A DNA stretch of 64,000 nucleotides from a virus. Lineage: Duplodnaviria > Caudoviricetes. The notes beneath the pieces were generated by a model, which was given only the letters and a program-made list of their open reading frames with translations, had not been told where the DNA came from and ran no database searches. The stretch spans positions 58,332-122,331 of IMG/VR virus record IMGVR_UViG_3300037067_008519; one strand, written 5' to 3'. Positions 47,680 to 56,399 of the stretch are shown one piece after another. A program made the translations under genes and the position numbers. Every line of letters starts with the position of its first letter. The first letter of the stretch is position 1.

Positions 47680-47904
47680 ATGATAAAATATTGTCCTTTG
47701 AGAGCTAATAATAAATACCCAACAAATCCTTTTTCAATAGAAGATACAGAATTAAGAAATTTAGTTATTGAAAGTACAAGAGGCTGTTTGAAAGAAAAAT
47801 GTGAATGGTTTGAAGACTATCAAGGAGAATGTTCTATTAAAGTTTTAGGGGGATTTATTGCCGCTTATGGTGTTCCTATGTTTGAAAGGAGAATTGCTAA
47901 ATGA
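47680..47904 (+). CDS. hypothetical Cys-rich protein
   Basis: CP...C..EKCEWF....C. Confidence 0.55.
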   Translation: MIKYCPLRANNKYPTNPFSIEDTELRNLVIESTRGCLKEKCEWFEDYQGECSIKVLGGFIAAYGVPMFERRIAK

Positions 47905-48383
47905 AAAAAAAGGAACTGATTAAACAGCTTTTTGATACAGAGGAAGAAAACTTACGCCTTAAAAACAGAGAAGAATATTTAGAAAAACAAAAACAAGGAT
48001 ACGAGAAGGAATTAAGGATTGCCACTTACCTGTATTGGGAAAAGTGTAATGAGTCTTCTTCTAATCCCGTGTCTGCTCCTGAAGGAGAGCTTGTGCTTCC
48101 TGCCGCAGTTTTGTTTAATTCAAAGTTTCGAGTTAAAGATATTAAGAAGCATCTGGATAATCTTGGTCGTCCTAATGTATATGAAGAATTTGCTTTATGG
48201 CAATATAGCTCTTTTCTTGGATACTATTTAATGAATATTACGAGAATTGGAGAAACTTTTATGTTAAAAGCAGACCCTATGTATTATGCTGATACCCATT
48301 CTTGTCCTGGTTGTGGTGGGCCTCATCCAATTCTTTCTTTAGAAGATGTTAATCTAGTTATTAATGCAGAGGAGAAGAAATGA
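47901..48383 (+). CDS. hypothetical protein
   Basis: ATGA overlap. Confidence 0.55.
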   Translation: MKKKELIKQLFDTEEENLRLKNREEYLEKQKQGYEKELRIATYLYWEKCNESSSNPVSAPEGELVLPAAVLFNSKFRVKDIKKHLDNLGRPNVYEEFALWQYSSFLGYYLMNITRIGETFMLKADPMYYADTHSCPGCGGPHPILSLEDVNLVINAEEKK

Positions 48384-48607
48384 AAGTAATTCTTTGTGAA
48401 ATAGATGGATACCTACCGTTTGTAGTTGAGCTAAAACCTTATATGGATTTTAAAACTACCGTATGGTCGATTATAGAGAATACTTATGGTTGGGATTCCG
48501 AATATGCTAATCAGATAGATGTTTCGGAGGATGCGGCTGTTGATGATGGTGGTTGGTGTTCATTTCATCTTATTGAGGTTATGCAAATAGAAGAATGGGC
48601 GGGTTAA
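48380..48607 (+). CDS. hypothetical protein
   Basis: ATGA overlap. Confidence 0.55.
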   Translation: MKVILCEIDGYLPFVVELKPYMDFKTTVWSIIENTYGWDSEYANQIDVSEDAAVDDGGWCSFHLIEVMQIEEWAG

Positions 48608-48957
48608 AAATGAAAGCTAAGATTATAGAATGTATAGTTGGTAATGAATTAACCGTGTCACATGGTTGGGGAGGATTTCCTATTAAGAGAATTCTTATTG
48701 AAAATATAAGAGGATATGGAAAAGATTTTAAAAATATAGCGGTTACTTATTATGCTGGGGATGTTTTTGTATGGCCTAATTTTGAAATGGACAATAGTTG
48801 TAAAGAAATAGGTGAAATAGAAGTATCTTGGTTTTTATTAGATGCTGCTTTTTCTCTTTACAAAGCCAGGAAAGGTTTGCTTTTTTTAAATCCATTTCCA
48901 GTGGATGTTCCAGAATATAAAACTGAATATTTAGCTGAAATGCCAGGAGAAGAATAA
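48595..48957 (+). CDS. hypothetical protein
   Basis: Operon packing. Confidence 0.55.
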   Translation: MGGLKMKAKIIECIVGNELTVSHGWGGFPIKRILIENIRGYGKDFKNIAVTYYAGDVFVWPNFEMDNSCKEIGEIEVSWFLLDAAFSLYKARKGLLFLNPFPVDVPEYKTEYLAEMPGEE

Positions 48958-49364
48958 TGCAAGTATTTAAGTGTGGTAATTGTTATAAATATAAAAATAT
49001 ATCTGAGAAGAGGCAAATAGAAGAAATTGGTTATGATAGGATTAGAAAGCACAATGGATACGTGGATTATGAAGAATTGTTAGAAAGAAGAAGTAAACTT
49101 TGTATATGCAAGTCTTGTTATAATATTCTAGATGGTACGTATGAGATAATGGAAAAAGATTGGGAAAGAAGAATAAAAGATTTAGAAAATAAGACTATGG
49201 ATTTTGGTCACGGTTTCCTTTCTGCGAGAGAAACACTAAAAAACCTCCCGTCTGAGAAAGAAGTAAGAGAAAAGTTTTCCTTAAATGAGGATGTAATAGT
49301 AACCGCCGATGATATAATATCAGAAATAAATAAACAGACTGAATTGAAAAAAGGAAAAGAATAA
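48957..49364 (+). CDS. hypothetical protein
   Basis: TAATG coupling; CxxC pairs. Confidence 0.55.
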   Translation: MQVFKCGNCYKYKNISEKRQIEEIGYDRIRKHNGYVDYEELLERRSKLCICKSCYNILDGTYEIMEKDWERRIKDLENKTMDFGHGFLSARETLKNLPSEKEVREKFSLNEDVIVTADDIISEINKQTELKKGKE

Positions 49365-49624
49365 TGGAAATTAATTTTATACTTTGCTATGAGGGGGATA
49401 ATCATTCCTATGCTGGTGATAATATTCGTGTGTCTGACCTAGACTTAGAAAATATGAAATCTGACTTTGTAGGCAAGAGCCTGTATCTAAAAGTGGAAGA
49501 TAATAATGAGGTAGTGGGTAAGATCACCAAATGCCAAATTCTGCATGATAATATGGGGAGACGCTACTTGCAAGCAACCGCTGATACCTCCTATCTCCCC
49601 CCGGCGGGGCCATGGGAAATTTAA
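49364..49624 (+). CDS. hypothetical protein
   Basis: TAATG coupling. Confidence 0.5.
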   Translation: MEINFILCYEGDNHSYAGDNIRVSDLDLENMKSDFVGKSLYLKVEDNNEVVGKITKCQILHDNMGRRYLQATADTSYLPPAGPWEI

Positions 49625-49935
49625 TACTGAAGTGGGGATATAAACTATACGCTTGGTTTAAGGGGGGGCGCAGAGTGCCTATCGAGGGGGTTCCAGATAA
49701 TCTAGAGGCACATCTAAGAGGAATATTTCCTAAAGCGGAAAGAATAGAAGGACAAGACATAGGGTCTGGTGTTTATTTTGTTAAGATATATCCATTGTAC
49801 AAATATGGAGAATATTATTATATAATATTTCCTTTTATCCAGTTAGCGGGGTTTCAAAATTTTACGGGGCTAACCGAAAGCGATCATTTTTCCAATAGCG
49901 GGTTCTCTCAATTTAACACCCTCCTGTTTAAGTAA
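49612..49935 (+). CDS. hypothetical protein
   Basis: Last + gene before convergent ruvB; 3' ends overlap. Confidence 0.4.
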   Translation: MGNLILKWGYKLYAWFKGGRRVPIEGVPDNLEAHLRGIFPKAERIEGQDIGSGVYFVKIYPLYKYGEYYYIIFPFIQLAGFQNFTGLTESDHFSNSGFSQFNTLLFK

Positions 49936-50838
49936 TTCATATCCTTTGGTAGTGATCTCCCTACCCCTAGCCCCAAGGATTACAAAACCTGTTTGGGTGA
50001 GGAATGGTTCTATAGTTCCGGTTATGGTACGTTCATCTGTCATTAGCATAGTAGAAAGGGGTTTCATACCAATAGCTCTTTGAGAGTTAGCAACCAGGGT
50101 GAGATAGTCGATATCCATATTATTTAAACCATTCTCGCGTATATTCATCAGTTTTAGCATTTCTTTGACATGGTTAATAGTGATTCGTTTACCCCGTCCT
50201 TTGACTAGATGATACTCAATTATACGTTGTGTAAGTAGGTCAGCCGTTCGAGGGGTGAATCTAGAAGCACCTGCAATAATCTTTATTGCCTTAACACTAG
50301 TAGAGTATTGAAGGCTTTCAAAGACCTTACTAACGATGATAATCATATCCTCTAGGCTATAATGCTCATATTGCAGGACAAGGCTACAGCGATCCCTCAG
50401 CGGCTTTGATAGATTACCCAGAAGAGTAGTTGCGCCTACTAGTGTAAATCTGGGTAGCGGGGATGTAACATTCGCTTCTTCAAACGCTTTAGGAATCCAC
50501 CTAAATTCTTCTAGTGGCAGGTAAAGGGATTCTTCAGTACTCATCGACATTCTATGAATTTCATCTATGAAGACAATATCTTTTTCTTGGATTCTGTAGA
50601 AGACTTTTTCAGGGTCAAACGTAGCACCTAGAGAATAGTGTACTTTAGAACCGAGTTCATTGGCAATGATTTTTGCAAGTGTTGTCTTGCCTGTTCCGGG
50701 GGGGCCGGTCATTAAAACATGAGCCATAGCCCTATTCTCTTTATTAGCTGCTTTGATAGCTATTCTAACTTGTTCGACTATTTTTTGATTGCCAATAAAA
50801 GCGTTTAAAGATGTTGGCACGTATCCATAGAGACTCAT
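49870..50838 (-). CDS. ruvB: Holliday junction branch-migration ATPase
   Basis: FIG.......A....HVL..GPPGTGKTTLA.IIANELG, FIDEIHR, FTLVGATT, PLRDR, TPR, EPFL...G....RGR. Confidence 0.93.
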   Translation of the reverse strand: MSLYGYVPTSLNAFIGNQKIVEQVRIAIKAANKENRAMAHVLMTGPPGTGKTTLAKIIANELGSKVHYSLGATFDPEKVFYRIQEKDIVFIDEIHRMSMSTEESLYLPLEEFRWIPKAFEEANVTSPLPRFTLVGATTLLGNLSKPLRDRCSLVLQYEHYSLEDMIIIVSKVFESLQYSTSVKAIKIIAGASRFTPRTADLLTQRIIEYHLVKGRGKRITINHVKEMLKLMNIRENGLNNMDIDYLTLVANSQRAIGMKPLSTMLMTDERTITGTIEPFLTQTGFVILGARGREITTKGYELLKQEGVKLREPAIGKMIAFG

Positions 50839-50861
50839 TCAGAATCACCTTCCTTATTTTT

Positions 50862-50889
50862 ATTATACTACGTTGTGATATAAAATCAA
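50862..50889 (-). promoter_or_regulatory. promoter for ruvB
   Basis: TTGATT-N16-TATAAT on the - strand, then SD GAAGGTG. Confidence 0.55.
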
Positions 50890-50907
50890 GTGTAGAAAGG
50901 AAATATA

Positions 50908-51426
50908 TTGAAAGAAATTTTTTTAACTCAGGGTCTTATAACCTCAGTAGATGATTATAATTATGAATGGCTAAACCAATGGAAGTGGTGTGCAAATAGA
51001 AAAAAAGATTGTTATTATGCTTACAGGGCTGAAAACAAGAAAGAGTATGAAGCTGATGGCAGAACTTGCAAACAAAGGAAATATTTCTATATGCATAGGA
51101 TGATTTTGGAAAGAATATTAGGCAGGAAATTAGAATCTTGGGAAGAAACTGACCATAGAAACAATAATAGTTTAGATAATCAAGAAAATAATCTTAGAGT
51201 TGGTACACATCAGCAAAATTTATATAATAGGAATTCTTTTAAAGGGGCTAGTTCTCTTTATATAGGTGTTTCGTGGAATAAATCTTTGGAAAAATGGGAA
51301 GCACACATTAAGGTAAATGGCAAAAAGAAACATTTAGGATTTTATAGTTCAGAAATAGAAGCAGCAAAAATACGGGATGAAGCAGCCAAATTTTATTATG
51401 GAGAGTTTGTCAAACTAAATTTTTAG
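50908..51426 (+). CDS. HNH-AP2 endonuclease
   Basis: Paralog of 31054..31818 with one AP2 domain. Confidence 0.9.
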   Translation: MKEIFLTQGLITSVDDYNYEWLNQWKWCANRKKDCYYAYRAENKKEYEADGRTCKQRKYFYMHRMILERILGRKLESWEETDHRNNNSLDNQENNLRVGTHQQNLYNRNSFKGASSLYIGVSWNKSLEKWEAHIKVNGKKKHLGFYSSEIEAAKIRDEAAKFYYGEFVKLNF

Positions 51427-51471
51427 AGAAAGTAAAACATAGTTATATAAGATTGGAGGTATTTATAAGAT

Positions 51472-51747
51472 ATGCAACTAGAGTGGAGTGAGGAGTATTG
51501 TATTCCAATAGTACATTGTAATCATTGTAACCAAGATGTTATCTTTAGTAGTATCCAAACAGATGAAGATAGTTTTTTATTTTATTGTTCTAACTGCTTT
51601 TGTAGTTATTTGCAAGAAGAAGATGCTGAGTTGTTAGGATACATCTCGCAGGGCGAATTGGTAGATTTAGGATTTGAAATTGTATTAGACAACGCACCAG
51701 AAGATGAAGTAGAAAAACTTTGGGCAGATGTAAGAGATGAATTCTAA
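51472..51747 (+). CDS. zinc-ribbon hypothetical protein
   Basis: CNHC...CSNC; SD GGAGG. Confidence 0.55.
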   Translation: MQLEWSEEYCIPIVHCNHCNQDVIFSSIQTDEDSFLFYCSNCFCSYLQEEDAELLGYISQGELVDLGFEIVLDNAPEDEVEKLWADVRDEF

Positions 51748-51759
51748 TATAAAAAAGTA

Positions 51760-51789
51760 TTGACAAATATATCTTAGTAGGTTTAAACT
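51760..51789 (+). promoter_or_regulatory. sigma70-type promoter
   Basis: TTGACA-N18-TAAACT preceded by an A-tract. Confidence 0.55.
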
Positions 51790-51841
51790 TAATATTAGAT
51801 GGGCACAACAGCACTATCAAAGTAAATAACAGAAAGGAGGG

Positions 51842-52117
51842 ATGAAGATGAAGGTAACCAAGATAAAGTCAACGGAATTGAGGACTGAAACGGCCTCGAT
51901 GCTCAGAGGGCTTAGGAATGGTGATGAAGGCTATGTTATCTACCATTATGGTGATATCGTAGGGTATGTGACTCCGCATATCCCTCCTCGTGTTATGGCA
52001 GATATCAAGTCTGAGAGACACAAAATAGCCACTGAGCCGAAAGTTAAGAAGACTACTAACGTAGGCTCCATTAAACGAGGCCCCGGCAGGCCGAGAAAGA
52101 ATCCTGTAAGCGTTTGA
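51842..52117 (+). CDS. Phd/YefM-fold protein with C-terminal AT-hook
   Basis: I.STELR.....L..L..G...VI...G..V..V.P; RGPGRPRK. Confidence 0.6.
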   Translation: MKMKVTKIKSTELRTETASMLRGLRNGDEGYVIYHYGDIVGYVTPHIPPRVMADIKSERHKIATEPKVKKTTNVGSIKRGPGRPRKNPVSV

Positions 52118-52140
52118 AGCCACAGCCAGCCAAAAAAAGG

Positions 52141-52168
52141 AAATAGCCCCCATTTGGGGGGCTATTTT
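52141..52168. terminator. bidirectional intrinsic terminator
   Basis: AAATAGCCCCC-ATTTG-GGGGGCTATTTT between convergent genes. Confidence 0.8.
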
Positions 52169-52191
52169 CATATTGCAATCTAACTATTTTG

Positions 52192-52449
52192 TTATACTGA
52201 AGCAGCCGCTTGTTGTGAATCAGAAAGTTTCCTACGAAGATCGCTTGGGCGTATTTTACGTTCGGTCTTTGCATCCTCAACTTGATTTATAAGATCAAGA
52301 AGAGCAATCCTTGTAAATTCTGCTGTACTTAGTTCCATCGAGATAGCCATACTTTTAATCTGTGCTGCATCGTCTTCCCTAAGATTAGTAGCAATTACTT
52401 TCCAACTCATTCCATTTTTACCATCATCATACTTAGTCGTTCTTCCCAT
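52192..52449 (-). CDS. ribbon-helix-helix-like DNA-binding protein
   Basis: VIATNL..D....IK..A....LS.AEF.R.AL pattern. Confidence 0.55.
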   Translation of the reverse strand: MGRTTKYDDGKNGMSWKVIATNLREDDAAQIKSMAISMELSTAEFTRIALLDLINQVEDAKTERKIRPSDLRRKLSDSQQAAASV

Positions 52450-52537
52450 GATTTAATCCCTTCCTAAATAATATTCTTTGTTTCATTAATACCATACTTG
52501 TCAATAGCTTTGTTGTAGGTAAATAAATCCCCCTTTC

Positions 52538-52831
52538 TTACCAAATATCTATTTCTATACAATTTCCTTCTACAAATTTAGTAACAGATTTGATGGTAAA
52601 ACCATAATTTCTATTAGCTTTTATTATTTTCTTAAATACATATTCCAAATCCGCTTTAGGTACTTCCATTATCTTATATTTTTGTTGTCGCTTGTAAGGT
52701 TCTCCATTTAGCTTGAGTGGTGTTAACTTCTCTTCCTTGATAGGCAACCCAGCTTTGATAATAGTTTCAAATCCGTAACTGTTCACTATGAATTTCAAAT
52801 CTATTTCTCCCTTCTTCCTAATTTTTTCCAT
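52538..52831 (-). CDS. hypothetical protein
   Basis: Part of - strand operon. Confidence 0.5.
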   Translation of the reverse strand: MEKIRKKGEIDLKFIVNSYGFETIIKAGLPIKEEKLTPLKLNGEPYKRQQKYKIMEVPKADLEYVFKKIIKANRNYGFTIKSVTKFVEGNCIEIDIW

Positions 52832-53097
52832 GCCTCGGTTATCGGGTGTTCAGTATATTCTTCACAAAACCATGCTGCTTCTTCTGCGGAAATATCCTCA
52901 ATTTTGTGAGCGTCCATGTCCGAGCCAATATAATTTAGTTTGCCACAAGCCTCACATTCAAAGTCGAAGAAGCCGCAAGTAGGCGCATAATAGATTCCTG
53001 GCACCCCACCAAAAGCATAAGCGTCCTCATCTTCATCCCTGTGTTCTGCACCACAGTAAGCACAGTAAAGAAACTCTAAATAGTAACGGTCACCCAT
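52801..53097 (-). CDS. zinc-ribbon hypothetical protein
   Basis: CAYCG...CEACG. Confidence 0.55.
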   Translation of the reverse strand: MGDRYYLEFLYCAYCGAEHRDEDEDAYAFGGVPGIYYAPTCGFFDFECEACGKLNYIGSDMDAHKIEDISAEEAAWFCEEYTEHPITEAWKKLGRREK

Positions 53098-53430
53098 TTA
53101 TTTTCCACCTCCCAGCTCTTTAAGGATTTCGCCGCTTATGCCTCGGATGTTTTCTAGTGCATTGTAGTGCGTAAAATCCTTGCCCGATTCCTTGTTTATA
53201 GCTTTTAATGCTTTCTTTAGTCTCTCCACCTCTGCCACCGCCTTATCACGCTGGGATTCAAGTTCTTTTCCCTTGGGACAATCATCGCAACTGCCCCAGT
53301 AGCCAAGGGCTGTCATACAGTTTTTTAGCTCCCCCTCCAATTCGGCTATGCGGGCTTGGGCGGCTCGTAGATGTTCCTCTAATGCTCCTATGCGTTGTAT
53401 CTCGGTTAGACCACGGATGCTATCCATCAT
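53098..53430 (-). CDS. coiled-coil hypothetical protein (GC-rich patch)
   Basis: ARIAELE...AVAEVERLK. Confidence 0.55.
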   Translation of the reverse strand: MMDSIRGLTEIQRIGALEEHLRAAQARIAELEGELKNCMTALGYWGSCDDCPKGKELESQRDKAVAEVERLKKALKAINKESGKDFTHYNALENIRGISGEILKELGGGK

Positions 53431-53681
53431 CCATCCTCCTCTATGGCTTGGCGGGCACGTTGGCCTTGATCGGCTTCAACTGCTGAGAATGGTACTTGCA
53501 GATTCATACCCGGCCTCCAATCATTGTTAATCCAGTTGCCCCTATCCCCATAAAACTCCAACGCCTTCATTAACCGCTTGTTGGTGGCTTTCAACTGCTC
53601 GATGGTCGCATTGGCGGTGGAGAGCTGGAAACAATCTCTTTGAAGCGGACAATGAACACTACTGTAATAGAATCCCATCAT
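53427..53681 (-). CDS. hypothetical protein (GC-rich patch)
   Basis: ATG 53681 after SD AAGGAGGGG; ALEFY..D.G.RAR. Confidence 0.55.
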   Translation of the reverse strand: MMGFYYSSVHCPLQRDCFQLSTANATIEQLKATNKRLMKALEFYGDRGNWINNDWRPGMNLQVPFSAVEADQGQRARQAIEEDG

Positions 53682-53685
53682 CCAC

Positions 53686-53817
53686 TCACCCCTCCTTATC
53701 GTGGCGGTTATCCCATGCTTGACATACCCGACAAAGCCACGCCTGCCAGCCCTTGGGAAGTTTTCGACCACAGCGGTAACAACGTTCCACGTCTCTAATG
53801 TAGGGTGGTGTTTTCAT
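53686..53817 (-). CDS. 43-aa zinc-ribbon protein (not in ORF track)
   Basis: MKTPPYIRDVERCYRCGRKL...LCRVC. Confidence 0.5.
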   Translation of the reverse strand: MKTPPYIRDVERCYRCGRKLPKGWQAWLCRVCQAWDNRHDKEG

Positions 53818-53890
53818 CCCCTACCCCTCCTTCAGTTTGGCGAGGGCCATCGAAGCAGCATCTATCGCATAGCAATATCCTCCCATTATT

Positions 53891-54301
53891 CTAAACCTCC
53901 AAACTTTCTAAAGTATTTAATATCTTCTTAGCCCAAGTAAGAGCACTATTTAATTCCCGGCGCAAAGGGGGACAAAGCATCCAATCATCTTGAGGAAATC
54001 TTTTCCGATACATTGTATGAGTCAGATGATTTATGAGTTTTTCCATGAATTCCCAATCAGCACATTCTTTCTTTGTTTTCGCATAGAGAGGGCATTTTTC
54101 GCAAGCATAATATGAATGGCAGAGTCCACAAGATTCGATAACTGCGCCATAAATAACCTCTATAGTATCTATAACATCATCCTTTCTTTCTTTCTGATGT
54201 TTTTCTTTTAACTCTTCCAATGCATTAATGATACTTTCCCATTTTTTGATAGATCCTTGAAGTCCTTCTTTGTATGGATTAATAACTTTTATTTCTATCA
54301 T
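53891..54301 (-). CDS. hypothetical Cys-cluster protein
   Basis: SIKKWE...CGLC....CEKCPL; SD AAGGAG. Confidence 0.6.
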   Translation of the reverse strand: MIEIKVINPYKEGLQGSIKKWESIINALEELKEKHQKERKDDVIDTIEVIYGAVIESCGLCHSYYACEKCPLYAKTKKECADWEFMEKLINHLTHTMYRKRFPQDDWMLCPPLRRELNSALTWAKKILNTLESLEV

Positions 54302-54323
54302 TTACAAACTCCTTTCAAATTAT

Positions 54324-54401
54324 AGCGGAGAGGGTACTAGATAAAAACCATTCATATTCAAGCTATTATTTTTATCTCTTACTTTTGTAGCCCTCTCCGC
54401 T
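54324..54401. repeat. nested inverted repeats forming a long hairpin
   Basis: AGCGGAGAGGG (54324-54334) / CCCTCTCCGCT (54391-54401); inner AGATAAAAA / TTTTTATCT. Confidence 0.85.
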
Positions 54402-54418
54402 TTGCTTTATCCAATTCT

Positions 54419-54446
54419 ATTCTATTATATTTTTTTAATTTGTCAA
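54419..54446 (-). promoter_or_regulatory. sigma70-type promoter
   Basis: TTGACA-N16-TAGAAT on the - strand. Confidence 0.6.
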
Positions 54447-54457
54447 GTATTTTTTAA

Positions 54458-54604
54458 CTAGGCGGCTATAAGTAGTATCATAAGAATAACAAAAACTATT
54501 ACTCCTAGAGTGGGGTTAACCCACGACAATATAATTGCTACTCCTGCAAATGCAAGGAAAGCAGCGAATTTGTTAGGTTTTGTAGTTTTTTGTGTTTCCG
54601 GCAT
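54458..54604 (-). CDS. 48-aa membrane protein (not in ORF track)
   Basis: MPETQKTTKPNKFAAFLAFAGVAIILSWVNPTLGVIVFVILMILLIAA; SD AAGGAG. Confidence 0.55.
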   Translation of the reverse strand: MPETQKTTKPNKFAAFLAFAGVAIILSWVNPTLGVIVFVILMILLIAA

Positions 54605-54842
54605 CTTCTTTCAACTCCTTTCTTATAATATTTAATTTTCTATTCAGTTCATTTTCTAAAATAGCACGATGCATTTGTATCTGTTTCTTTTTTCTATCAA
54701 CATATTCTTCTTTTCTTTCACCCCTAACAGCATAGGAAGTGTTTTCTTTTTTATGAGCGCACCATTTCCATTGATTAAGCCACTCATAATCTTCATCATC
54801 AACTAGAGCAAATTTTCCTTGAGTTAAGGGTATTTTTTTCAT
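54573..54842 (-). pseudogene. internally deleted HNH-AP2 endonuclease
   Basis: MKKIPLTQGKFALVDDEDYEWLNQWKW..MHRAIL joined directly to a KLNII tail; HNH core and AP2 are absent. Confidence 0.8.
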
Positions 54843-55072
54843 TCTTTAAATTTCTCCCAATTCTGTGATATTTCAAACAACCTACTTTCAAGCTCCCGCT
54901 GTTCCATCATCAACAGGTTTGAAAGACTCGACAAGCGGGCTACGGCACCAACCTTTAGAAGATTTGTTTGTACTATTTGGTTAACGTTAGCTCTAATAAG
55001 AGTAGCTTTCTTGGTGACTTCTGTTACTTCTTCTATTAGTTGATTAATAATCATCCCCGAACTTCCCTTCAA
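54839..55072 (-). CDS. hypothetical protein
   Basis: Operon packing. Confidence 0.5.
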   Translation of the reverse strand: MKGSSGMIINQLIEEVTEVTKKATLIRANVNQIVQTNLLKVGAVARLSSLSNLLMMEQRELESRLFEISQNWEKFKE

Positions 55073-55259
55073 TTTTAATGGTTGTTTCTCTAATAGAGAT
55101 ACCAGTAGTATACCATTCAGCTAGGAATTCTTTTAGAAGTTGTATCAAACATTTCCCGCGAGGCCATTGTTCTAACATATCACCGGATACAAAAAATTGG
55201 CAATCTTCTTCGCATTCTCCATCATTTGCTGGATAGGATTTATTACATTTTGGTATCAT
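55044..55259 (-). CDS. hypothetical protein
   Basis: Operon packing. Confidence 0.5.
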   Translation of the reverse strand: MIPKCNKSYPANDGECEEDCQFFVSGDMLEQWPRGKCLIQLLKEFLAEWYTTGISIRETTIKIEGKFGDDY

Positions 55260-55549
55260 TTCCTAAGCCCCCATTCCCAAACCTCAAATCCTGCACCCGT
55301 TTCTTCATAACGATAACCACCTTTGAAAGTACCCTTTCTTTCTAATTCTTTGATACCCTTTGCGCTCTTCTTAATATCCCCTTTATCCTCTCCTTCATCC
55401 TCATCTTCAAAAATATGTATCCAATTATTAGCTTCAATCTTTATTTCTTTCTTGGCTTTTTTCATAGCCCCTTCAATAGTTGCATGGATGGAAGTAATGC
55501 CATATATTCCTTCAAACAAATCAGTTTTAATTACCACATAAACTTTCAT
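55256..55549 (-). CDS. hypothetical protein
   Basis: MKVYVV..; SD AAGGAG. Confidence 0.6.
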   Translation of the reverse strand: MKVYVVIKTDLFEGIYGITSIHATIEGAMKKAKKEIKIEANNWIHIFEDEDEGEDKGDIKKSAKGIKELERKGTFKGGYRYEETGAGFEVWEWGLRK

Positions 55550-55937
55550 TTTTTCTCCTTAAAATTTCTACAGCTTTCTTAGCATCTTCTACTGATAGGG
55601 AGTTATCTACTAATTCTTGTATCAAAGCTTCTCGCTCTCGATCTTTCTTTTCTTTTTCTGCTTTCTTGGCGGCTCGTTCTTTTTCTTTGGCTTTCTTTTC
55701 TTTTTTAATCTGTTTCTCCTTGTCCTTTCGCATTCTCTCTCTTATACACACAAAACTAGAGGGGTCAGGAAACTCTATAGGTCTGCCAGCTTCTTCATAC
55801 CACCCCCACGCATCAGATTCTAACTCTCTAAAGATAGGGGTACAGCTAAACTTTTGCAATAGTTCATAAAATGTGCTGTACTCTTCTAAAGTCATACTGT
55901 CTAAGCTATCAAAATACTCTTGGTCTTTCTTATTCAT
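55527..55937 (-). CDS. hypothetical coiled-coil protein
   Basis: Operon packing. Confidence 0.55.
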   Translation of the reverse strand: MNKKDQEYFDSLDSMTLEEYSTFYELLQKFSCTPIFRELESDAWGWYEEAGRPIEFPDPSSFVCIRERMRKDKEKQIKKEKKAKEKERAAKKAEKEKKDREREALIQELVDNSLSVEDAKKAVEILRRKNESLCGN

Positions 55938-56143
55938 TTTTCATCATCCCTTACATGGTAGAGTGGCGGTAACAAATCTAACATTTCTCGCAATCCCTCA
56001 AGAAACCCCCTTAGACCATATATTTCTGCTGTAACCCAAGGGGAAGTAGTGCTACTAGACGCCTCAGCTTTTTTAATTAGTTGGTTAGCTCTTTCAATAG
56101 CCCTATCCAGAGCTGCCGGTATGTTAGATTTTTTCATTTTCAT
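55934..56143 (-). CDS. hypothetical protein
   Basis: Operon packing. Confidence 0.5.
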   Translation of the reverse strand: MKMKKSNIPAALDRAIERANQLIKKAEASSSTTSPWVTAEIYGLRGFLEGLREMLDLLPPLYHVRDDEK

Positions 56144-56399
56144 CTTCTTTCTCTAGTATCTTTACCAAGGCTTTTGCGACAGCCTCTTGTCTAGTTTCTC
56201 CTATAGCAAAAACACTAGTTCCGTCTTTATCATCAAACTTCCAACAACGTATTCCATATGTAAAAGATCTTTCGTCAGTATGAAAAAACCACTCATAATA
56301 TCTTCGCTCAATCTCACTGAATACATCATCAAGCGAAAGATATTTTATCATTTCAAAAGCTAGCTCTTTAGGTATTTCCATCTTTTTCCTCCATTTCAA
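56124..56399 (-). CDS. hypothetical protein
   Basis: GETRQEAVAKAL; true start probably internal (MEIPK). Confidence 0.5.
   Translation of the reverse strand: MKWRKKMEIPKELAFEMIKYLSLDDVFSEIERRYYEWFFHTDERSFTYGIRCWKFDDKDGTSVFAIGETRQEAVAKALVKILEKEDENEKI

Noticed and set aside
49662-49668. G7 tract as a third phase-variable site
   Set aside because: The ORF reads through in frame and the context lacks T-G9-CA.
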